Source: Deltaproteobacteria bacterium HGW-Deltaproteobacteria-13
GTDB taxonomy: Bacteria; Desulfobacterota; Syntrophia; Syntrophales; Smithellaceae
Direction: 5' to 3'
Assembly (NCBI GenBank): GCA_002840555.1
Contig: PHBJ01000003.1
Location: forward strand, 64,412-128,411
Length of the DNA stretch: 64,000 bases
The position numbers and the translations under genes were made by a program. How positions within the stretch are numbered: the first letter of the stretch is position 1; the number at the start of each line of letters is the position of its first letter. Positions 56,345-63,466 of this stretch are shown in pieces. A model generated the notes under the pieces. It did no database searches. It worked only from the letters and a program-made list of their open reading frames with translations, and was not told the DNA's origin.

Positions 56345-57225
56345 TGTTAAGCGATAAAAAGCAACTTATATTTAAAGCCACTGCACATGCTGAGTACATT
56401 AGAATAAAATTTGGTATAGATCAACGCGCTCCAATCGATCCGGTCAGTATTGCAGAACAGAGCGGTTGTGAAATTCGATACCTATCACTTCCTTCTTTAG
56501 AAGGTATGTATTCACCCAAACCTCACGCAGTTATATTTATTGGTTCAGAACGACCCGCAGGTCGTCTCGCATTTACTTGTATGCATGAACTTGGACATCA
56601 TGAATTTAAGCATGGCATACGCGTAGACGAAATAAAAAATAGCATATTAAGTGACGCTAATGATCCCAGGGAGTTCGTTGCTGATGTATTTGCTGCAAAT
56701 CTTTTAATGTCAAAAACAAGTATTCTTTATGCCTTGAAAACACGTGGATTAGATCCTCAAAAGCTTGAACCACTGGATGTTTTCCGCTTATCGTCTTTTT
56801 TTGGCGTTGGTTACACTACAATAATTGATCATATGACATCTATGCTTAGAATGTTAAATCAATACCAACAAAACTTATTAAAAAAAATAAAAGCAAAAGA
56901 TTTAAAAGCTCAATTCGGAGGCACACCGCAATCAGAAGTGATAATTGCTGATTCGTTTTGGCAGTCACGGGCTGTTGATATGTCAGTGGGTGATATTCTA
57001 GTGCTGCATAAGGGGGCTGTAGTTGAAGACAGTCGCTATATGATAAAAAAAGATTTGGTTGATGGACAACCTACCTATATTGCGTGTTCAAGAGGCTATA
57101 CGCGAGCTTTTCATGAGAGTGGCGGATGGGCTGTAAATATCCGTATTGCACCGAAACAATATGAGGGATTAGCACAATACAGATTTCTCGATGACCCTGA
57201 GGAGGATTTTGCATGGAAGAAATAA
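56344..57225 (+). CDS. ImmA/IrrE-family zinc metallopeptidase with uncharacterised C-terminal domain
   Basis: HEXXH in FTCMHELGHHEFKH, then E...AN.FAA-type motif (EFVADVFAANLLM). About 150 extra C-terminal residues. GTG start overlaps the XRE stop by 1 nt. Confidence 0.8.
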   Translation: MLSDKKQLIFKATAHAEYIRIKFGIDQRAPIDPVSIAEQSGCEIRYLSLPSLEGMYSPKPHAVIFIGSERPAGRLAFTCMHELGHHEFKHGIRVDEIKNSILSDANDPREFVADVFAANLLMSKTSILYALKTRGLDPQKLEPLDVFRLSSFFGVGYTTIIDHMTSMLRMLNQYQQNLLKKIKAKDLKAQFGGTPQSEVIIADSFWQSRAVDMSVGDILVLHKGAVVEDSRYMIKKDLVDGQPTYIACSRGYTRAFHESGGWAVNIRIAPKQYEGLAQYRFLDDPEEDFAWKK

Positions 57226-57977
57226 AACCTATTTATGGCAAAAATATTTCCGAAGCATGGGCGCTTGCTTACAATGAGTGTTTTAAAATGCCGGGTGGCC
57301 TTATGGCGCCAGCAATTATTTCTTTTGATATTAATGAGGCTGATGCTTCTTGGCAGCTTGAAACAAAAGATATTCGTTATGCTTTGGATAAACAGCTAAT
57401 TAAAGATGATGAGAGCAGTATTGAAACAGTCGCAGGTACAATCTTTCCTGAGTCGGTTTGGATGCGTTGTAACGGTGACCGCGAAAAGTTATTCATGGAA
57501 TATAATAGAATGTGGCCATATGTAAGTAAATGCAGACAAAATAGACATGGTACTTATTTTCGCCGCCTTAGTTCTTTTGGAACAAATCAACTCAAGGCAG
57601 TAATTGAAACATGGCATTCTGGAACTCATCGCCACAGTGCATTGCAATCAGCTATTTTCGATCCTGCTAAAGATCATTCAAAGGCACGGCAACTTGGGTT
57701 TCCATGTCTGCAACAGGTGGTTTTCCACCCAAAAGGTATCAATGGTTCCGAAGGTATGACAGTTGTTGCATTTTATGCAAATCAATTATTGGTCGAGAAA
57801 GCATATGGCAATTACTTAGGATTGTATCGTTTAGGAAAATTCATGGCAGGTGAAATGGGATTACGCCTGAAAGGTGTAACGTGCATCGCCTCTAATCTTT
57901 CTTTAGGTAAGCATGGTAAAAAAGAATGTCAACACCTTTTAAGTGAAATAAAGAGAGTATTATCTGATGCCAACTAA
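57213..57977 (+). CDS. Thymidylate-synthase-fold protein (candidate pyrimidine C5-modifying enzyme)
   Basis: By-eye alignment to the ThyA core. GTYFRRL matches YGxQWR. THRHSALQSAIFDP matches SRRxIxSAWNP. GFPCLQQVVF matches the PPCHxFxQF catalytic Cys. FYANQLLVEKAYGNYLGL matches YQRSxDxxLGxPFNI. 13-nt overlap with the upstream gene. Confidence 0.6.
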   Translation: MEEIKPIYGKNISEAWALAYNECFKMPGGLMAPAIISFDINEADASWQLETKDIRYALDKQLIKDDESSIETVAGTIFPESVWMRCNGDREKLFMEYNRMWPYVSKCRQNRHGTYFRRLSSFGTNQLKAVIETWHSGTHRHSALQSAIFDPAKDHSKARQLGFPCLQQVVFHPKGINGSEGMTVVAFYANQLLVEKAYGNYLGLYRLGKFMAGEMGLRLKGVTCIASNLSLGKHGKKECQHLLSEIKRVLSDAN

Positions 57978-59130
57978 ACAAAAACTTTCTAGGAACTTAT
58001 CGGGGCGTCTGTTTATTTTTGATGGTATGGATAGTGTTGGTAAAAGCACATTTACAAAAGGTGTTTCAAAAAAAAAGCAAAAAAATAATAATACACCACC
58101 ACGGCAACCTGTAAATAAGACTTGTATAGTAAAAATAATAAATCAATCACATTGGCTACCTACAAAAACAACGGCAGTCTTCGACACATACTGGCGCTTC
58201 GCAGCGGAGAGACAAGAGATATTCTTTAAGCGCATTGCAAGAGCAGAGCCACCATGGACTAAAGATGTTGTTCTACAGAGTTACAAATTTACAAATGCAT
58301 ATCGCGCATCAGATAGAGTGAGTCAGTTCTTAATTCGTCATGTTATTTATGATGGATCCCAAGAAATAGATGAAATATTTTTCAGGATTCTCCTCTTCAA
58401 AACTTTCAACAAAATTGAGACATGGCAACATCTTGTCGATAATTTAGGTCAAATATTCTGGCGTGAGTTTAGTTTTAAAGCTTACGATAAGATTTTAACA
58501 AATGCACAAGCAGCAAAGAAGAGCATATATTCAGCCGCCTATATTATGCCGTCAGGTGGCCGACACGGGGTGCATCGCATCAAACATCGCAATCATCTTC
58601 TGCTAATACAAAAAATGATGGCAGATGCTCTACCTGCCCAAATTAGCGATTCTAAATCTATGCAAGTAGTCTTTAATTTACTCCGCAGTTATCCAATGAT
58701 TGGTGATTTTTTGGCATATCAATATGCTATTGACATTAACTATAGCACATTAACAAATTTCAATGAGATGTCTTTTATCGTACCAGGACCCGGTGCAAAA
58801 GATGGTATCCGTAAATGTTTTTCCGATTTCGGTGGTCTCTCTGAAGTCGATATAATAAAACTTATGGCTGATCGCCAAGAGGATGAGTTTGCTCGCTTGG
58901 GTATCAAATTTAAGGACCTTTGGGGCAGATCACTTCAATTAATTGATTGCCAAAATCTTTTCTGTGAAGTTGATAAATATGCCAGAATTGTACATCCAGA
59001 AATTAAAGGTATTACAGGCCGTAGCAAAATTAAACAGACATTAAAACCCAATAACGAGATGATATCTTATTTTTATCCACCAAAATGGAATATTAACGAA
59101 GCTGTGAAAACCACGTTTGATAATAAATGA
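57967..59130 (+). CDS. DNA-base-hypermodification-family protein (aGPT-pyrophosphorylase / 5-hmdU-kinase helical-domain clan, tentative) with N-terminal P-loop stub
   Basis: RLFIFDGMDSVGKST Walker A, then a Lys/Asn-rich linker. Next come YWRFAAERQEIFFKR, YKFTNAYRASDRVSQFLI, MIGDFLAYQYAIDINY, PGPGAKDG and QNLFCEVDKY, motifs I recall from the 'nucleotide kinase domain-containing / DNA base hypermodification' family. 11-nt overlap with the upstream gene. Confidence 0.5.
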   Translation: MPTKQKLSRNLSGRLFIFDGMDSVGKSTFTKGVSKKKQKNNNTPPRQPVNKTCIVKIINQSHWLPTKTTAVFDTYWRFAAERQEIFFKRIARAEPPWTKDVVLQSYKFTNAYRASDRVSQFLIRHVIYDGSQEIDEIFFRILLFKTFNKIETWQHLVDNLGQIFWREFSFKAYDKILTNAQAAKKSIYSAAYIMPSGGRHGVHRIKHRNHLLLIQKMMADALPAQISDSKSMQVVFNLLRSYPMIGDFLAYQYAIDINYSTLTNFNEMSFIVPGPGAKDGIRKCFSDFGGLSEVDIIKLMADRQEDEFARLGIKFKDLWGRSLQLIDCQNLFCEVDKYARIVHPEIKGITGRSKIKQTLKPNNEMISYFYPPKWNINEAVKTTFDNK

Positions 59131-59150
59131 TATTTTAAAGGGAGTTTAAT

Positions 59151-60194
59151 GTGGAATGGCATAGACCACCGTTTAAATTGAAGGAGATCAAAATTGAGGT
59201 TACACACGATTGTATGCTTAGTTGTGTTCATTGTTCGAGCCTTGCAAGTGAAATTACTGGGCGCAGCATGAATTGGTTATCATGTGAAAATATTCTAAAC
59301 GAAGCTAAAGCCATCGGGATTGAGACTATAGCTTTTTCAGGTGGCGAACCACTATTATTGGAATATGTTCCTAAAGCAATAGAACAAGCTTATCAATTTG
59401 GTATTGAAACCCATATTTATACAACAGGTAATGTTCCGCATTTTGAAGAAACCCTACGGCAATTGAATAGGGCTGGATTATCCAAAATAATGTTCAGTCT
59501 TTTTGGAACAAATGCCGAACAGCATGAAAAAGTAACCAAATCCTATGGGAGTTACAATAAAACAATCTCAGCAGCACAATACTGTGTATCTCTCGGTCTA
59601 CAAACGGAATTTCATTTTGTGCCTTTGAATCACAACTTCAGAGCACTTCCAGAAATAGTAAGAAAAGCTCGTAACATGGGTATTGATAAAGTTAGCATCC
59701 TGCGTCTAGTTCCTCAGGGACGTGGTGCAAGCACAAGGCATGAGGAACTCAGCAAAGACCAAAACCTTGAGCTGCGTAAATTAATCAAAGATTTGCGTAG
59801 TGATGGTTATGATATTCGTTTAGGTTCTCCATATAACTTTCTTATGCTTAATGAGAAACCACAATGTTGCGCTGGAATTGATCGTATTACGATAGGACCA
59901 GATTTACGAATATTTCCTTGTGATGCGTTCAAACATATTTCTCCAAGTGATATAGGAGCCTCTGCTGACTATTCTGATTTGGGGAATCATTCTCTTGCTG
60001 AATGCTGGGAAAAGTCACCTTATTTAAATATAGTAAGAAATTACTTGATGTCAGATTTTGCTTCTGAATGTTCTGCCTGCAATAATCTAACAAATTGTCG
60101 ATCAGGTTGTATGGCGCAAAAATTTTATGCTTTCAAAGAGCTTAAAAAAACCACTGATCCAATGTGCCTTCGTATAGATACGCAATGTAACTAA
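59151..60194 (+). CDS. Radical SAM enzyme with SPASM/twitch-type C-terminal Cys-rich domain
   Basis: CMLSCVHC (CxxxCxxC), FSGGEPLL. C-terminal CCAG...FPCD...CSACNNLTNCRSGCMAQ. GTG start after AAGGGAG. Confidence 0.85.
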   Translation: MEWHRPPFKLKEIKIEVTHDCMLSCVHCSSLASEITGRSMNWLSCENILNEAKAIGIETIAFSGGEPLLLEYVPKAIEQAYQFGIETHIYTTGNVPHFEETLRQLNRAGLSKIMFSLFGTNAEQHEKVTKSYGSYNKTISAAQYCVSLGLQTEFHFVPLNHNFRALPEIVRKARNMGIDKVSILRLVPQGRGASTRHEELSKDQNLELRKLIKDLRSDGYDIRLGSPYNFLMLNEKPQCCAGIDRITIGPDLRIFPCDAFKHISPSDIGASADYSDLGNHSLAECWEKSPYLNIVRNYLMSDFASECSACNNLTNCRSGCMAQKFYAFKELKKTTDPMCLRIDTQCN

Positions 60195-60401
60195 GAGATG
60201 AAGTCGTAACTCTTCTTACGTTGTAACTTTTATGGATTCATAAAATATTAAGAGTAGTTCCGGCTGTGAACGCATGTATTGCAGCTTTGTGAGTAGAGTT
60301 TTGGGTAATTAGGGATATATGTACCTATTTATGCCCATTTATACAGAAGCCATCTGCCAGAATGACAAGTGTGAAGATGGAGAAATCATAATATCCTTTT
60401 T

Positions 60402-61631
60402 CTAATCAGCGGAGAACACCTTCGGGTATCGCGTGGCCAATTTTGCCGCAAATTCTCTGATGTAAGGCCATTCAGAATTTTGTAGTTCTTCTAAATAGTC
60501 GGGATAGACTATTGACATTTCTAGAGGTATTTTAGCGACTAATTCTTCTTGTATACATTCAATTGCTAGCGCCATTCGATCACAATCTTTTACTAAAGAA
60601 GCAACACTATTTTTTTCATCGTCGGAAATGTCTTTAAGAAGATGATTCTCATCTATATACTTGGAAAGTTCAGTTGTACTAGTAAGTGCCTTTATTGGTA
60701 GCGCTGCCATTTTGTTTTCTATGTCGTTCCAAAGATTTTTTTCCTCAGGGTATTCTCTTTTAATGATATCTTTAACAGGTGTAATAATATCTCCGGTTAA
60801 TGCCTCAGGGACATCATGGAATAGAGCTCTTTGAAGCGCTCCAATCTTAAAATCAATTGTGAGTTTCTGACTATCTTCATGCATCCATGTAAATAATAAT
60901 GCTAATAAAGTTACAACATATGTATGGGAGAGGACATTGGTTTCTATAGAACGATTAATTCTATTCCATCGTCGAAGGTATTTTAAATTCCTTATTACTT
61001 TAAAATATCCGGGAAGTCTGTCAACCTCTATATCACCTGTCTTGACAGGTTTATTATAGCGATTAAAAGAAATATTAAGCTTATTTACCCAAGAACTATT
61101 TTTACAAAAACCTTTAACGTCTTTTTCTATTTCCTTAATATACCCCGAGTAATATTCGTTATATACAGTTGAGTTTGTCTTACATTCTTGTAAAGCAGTC
61201 TGACGTTGGACATATTTGCACAACTCTTTGATTCTAATTTCATTACTTTCGACAAGATATCTCTTGACTTGTGGTCGTATCATTCTCGGAAATAAGCGTA
61301 GTGTATAAGTCAATGCTCTTTCTTCGACCTTCTTTTCCCATTTTTTTGAATTGCTATTTTTAAGTGATGTGTCTAAGGCACGTTTAAATCGATAGGATAC
61401 ATCCGATAGGAAACGTTTTGTCAATGGTTTTAGTATTTCATAAGCAAGATAATCAAATGCTATCTCTTTTAATTCTTGTTTTTCTTTAATTGTATCGCAG
61501 AGCAAGGCAAAACCGATATGTGCAGAGTATGCAACATTCTCCGCTTCTACCCATGTTTCTACACGTGGCAGAAAATTCCATCTTTGTATCATGAATAAAG
61601 ATGTGATTGCATCAACAAGAGTATCTTTCAT
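60402..61631 (-). CDS. Tandem YfbR-like HD-domain phosphohydrolase (degenerate N-terminal copy, intact C-terminal copy)
   Basis: C-terminal half: RRWNR...ETNVLSHTYVV...ALFHDVPEALTGDIITPVK...DCDRMA, matching the YfbR 5'-deoxynucleotidase pattern. N-terminal half repeats QRWNFLPRVE...ENVAYSAHIG but lacks the HD dyad. Start set at 61631 after GGAGGA (alternative 61643). Confidence 0.7.
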   Translation of the reverse strand: MKDTLVDAITSLFMIQRWNFLPRVETWVEAENVAYSAHIGFALLCDTIKEKQELKEIAFDYLAYEILKPLTKRFLSDVSYRFKRALDTSLKNSNSKKWEKKVEERALTYTLRLFPRMIRPQVKRYLVESNEIRIKELCKYVQRQTALQECKTNSTVYNEYYSGYIKEIEKDVKGFCKNSSWVNKLNISFNRYNKPVKTGDIEVDRLPGYFKVIRNLKYLRRWNRINRSIETNVLSHTYVVTLLALLFTWMHEDSQKLTIDFKIGALQRALFHDVPEALTGDIITPVKDIIKREYPEEKNLWNDIENKMAALPIKALTSTTELSKYIDENHLLKDISDDEKNSVASLVKDCDRMALAIECIQEELVAKIPLEMSIVYPDYLEELQNSEWPYIREFAAKLATRYPKVFSAD

Positions 61632-61692
61632 ATTCTCCTCCATGAAGAAAATAAATCATCAATCAGTGTGGATCGGTATCATTAAAAAGATA

Positions 61693-62652
61693 TTATGTTC
61701 CTAACATGCGGAACAATGGAGAATCATATCTTAAATTGTAGTAAGATTGAGGAGGTCTGAAAGAAGGAATATAGCTATTTCTAATAGAATCTAAAGACCA
61801 TTTCTTTGATAATATTTTAACATTATCAAGTTCAATGGCATAACCATTATTGATCCCGTTAAAATAAGTAAAAAAGTCTTGTTCAGATACTCCCCCGATA
61901 GCACAGAATCGTTTCCATAAATCATTTACATCGGAATGATGTACTTTAGACAATATTGATGAAAAGGTAATGCATTTAACAGGAGAAGAGATATAGAAGT
62001 ATGCAATGGCCCCCTCCATATTCCTTGAAAAACGACGTCGGAATTCAACACGTTTCCCCCCGCTGATGATTAAGTCTGCAAATTGCGGTTTAAGAGAAAA
62101 CAATAGGGCAGAATTCTGCCTGTTATTAGTATCATTTTCGGCGTGTGTCCATGCAAGTGAACGACTAGTTAAATGATAGGGAACCGGGCAAGAATATATA
62201 TGTTCGTCCACACCATGCGAATATCGGTTACGAACATTGGCGATATTATGAAAGCCTAATGATTCAACAAATTTTATGATACTTGGTTCGGCTGCTTCAC
62301 TAATAGTAACCCTAATATCTTTAGTAGATTTATCTATTGTATGGCGTAGACCTTCTGATAATAGCGCTTTTCCTAATCCAATTTTTTTCACATCATCTTT
62401 TAGCCGAAGAGTACATATCTTAGGGTTCGTAGCCCTTTTACCAATAAAAAGGCCTTTAATAATATCTGCGACTTTCAAAACTAAGATCACTCTGTTACCT
62501 TCGAGAACACCCGGCAAGACTTTTTTCTTCCACCAATTATCAATTGCCGGGTATAGATGATCACTCTCTATGAGAAATTCCAGGATAGAAGGATAATCAT
62601 TAAAAACAGCAGGGCTGATAGAAATATCTTTTATAGTCACTTGCTCTTGCAT
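61693..62652 (-). CDS. GNAT acetyltransferase fused to an ASCH (PUA-like) domain
   Basis: N-terminal GNAT motif A region (VKKIGLGKALLSEG...ESLGF). C-terminal ASCH-like LLFSLKPQFADLIISGGKRVEFRRRF...GYAIEL. Confidence 0.6.
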   Translation of the reverse strand: MQEQVTIKDISISPAVFNDYPSILEFLIESDHLYPAIDNWWKKKVLPGVLEGNRVILVLKVADIIKGLFIGKRATNPKICTLRLKDDVKKIGLGKALLSEGLRHTIDKSTKDIRVTISEAAEPSIIKFVESLGFHNIANVRNRYSHGVDEHIYSCPVPYHLTSRSLAWTHAENDTNNRQNSALLFSLKPQFADLIISGGKRVEFRRRFSRNMEGAIAYFYISSPVKCITFSSILSKVHHSDVNDLWKRFCAIGGVSEQDFFTYFNGINNGYAIELDNVKILSKKWSLDSIRNSYIPSFRPPQSYYNLRYDSPLFRMLGT

Positions 62653-62658
62653 GAATTA

Positions 62659-62687
62659 AAAATACGGCAGGTTATCTTGTCTGTCAA
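62659..62687 (-). promoter_or_regulatory. Candidate sigma70 promoter giving a leaderless mRNA for the GNAT-ASCH gene
   Basis: Minus strand: TTGACA (62687-62682), 17 nt, TATTTT (62664-62659), 6 nt, ATG (62652). No Shine-Dalgarno sequence is present. Confidence 0.35.
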
Positions 62688-62926
62688 GAGAAATTTGCCA
62701 CATCATATAGTGTTGTGGAATAAAGGAACAACTGATTCGTGGATGGTCATAATATGGAATATTCTCTTGAAAATACCGTTTGTTAAGATTAGTTTTCAAA
62801 GACCATTTATTCCCTCGGTTGCACATTGGGCTCATAACCCAAAAGTTTGTTTATTCGGTGTTGCGGTGTGATTGTTTCCGCGTCTATTAGGCGCCCGATA
62901 TGTTTTGCGTAAACTCATAATAAAGT

Positions 62927-62955
62927 TTTAAGTAATTAAGTATTAAGATTTAAGA
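62927..62955. repeat. Right 29-bp inverted repeat bracketing the AT-rich cassette
   Basis: TTTAAGTAATTAAGTATTAAGATTTAAGA: reverse complement of 55371-55399 with one mismatch. Confidence 0.6.
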
Positions 62956-62976
62956 ATCAAAGAATAAATGAACTGG

Positions 62977-62996
62977 ATTCCCGCCTTCGCGGGAAT
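62977..62996. repeat. GC-rich REP-like hairpin (the widespread ...TTCCCGC-N4-GCGGGAA... type)
   Basis: ATTCCCGC-cttc-GCGGGAAT: 8-bp perfect stem directly outside the right inverted repeat. Confidence 0.5.
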
Positions 62997-63080
62997 GACA
63001 GATGACTGGATACCTCCGGCATTCCCAGGCATTCGCTGGGGTTTCCTGCCGGACTGGCCGTCGGCGGTCATCAACATCTT

Positions 63081-63443
63081 TCAGTACAAAGCCGGACACA
63101 TCAAACACCATATATCCAGTGCCCAGTCATAAAGGCCGCTGGTGTACAGGAACGCCTTGCCTCTCTGAAAGAGGGCTGGTGATATCCTCTTCATGATCCA
63201 GCAGAACTTGGCGTCGGGCTGAGGGATGACATAGAGCCTGTTCTTCCGGATTGCCTTGAGGGTACTGCGTGAGACGTTCTCAATCGTGCCGAATGAGAAC
63301 TTGTCGAAGAAGGCATTCGTCATCGTGATCTGCCGTTCATCGGTGCACCGCGCCTGGTCCATGAGATTGGTCTTGAAAAAAGTGGGGCACACCACCATGA
63401 GCCTTACAAAGAAGAGGTTGTCGTTTTTCTCCGTTTGACCAAG
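63081..63443 (-). pseudogene. 3' fragment of a short-chain dehydrogenase/reductase (SDR) gene
   Basis: ...VVCPTFFKTNLMDQ...RLYVIPQPDAKFCWIMKRISP matches only the C-terminal third of an SDR. An in-frame stop lies at 63444-63446 and there is no room for a Rossmann domain before the next gene (ends 63467). Confidence 0.55.
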
Positions 63444-63466
63444 TCACCAGGATGCAAGAATGTAAT

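Noticed and set aside
60195-60401. Terminators between the convergent radical SAM and HD genes
   Set aside because: Only weak 5-6-bp stems are present (CGTAA...TTACG; CCATCT...AGATGG with a 19-nt loop) and neither has a proper U-tract. This is too weak to annotate.
62557-63196. Plus-strand ORFs 62557-62871 and 63002-63196
   Set aside because: The first overlaps the GNAT-ASCH start and its promoter region. The second reads through the REP-like hairpin and the antisense of the SDR fragment. Neither has motifs or ribosome-binding sites.
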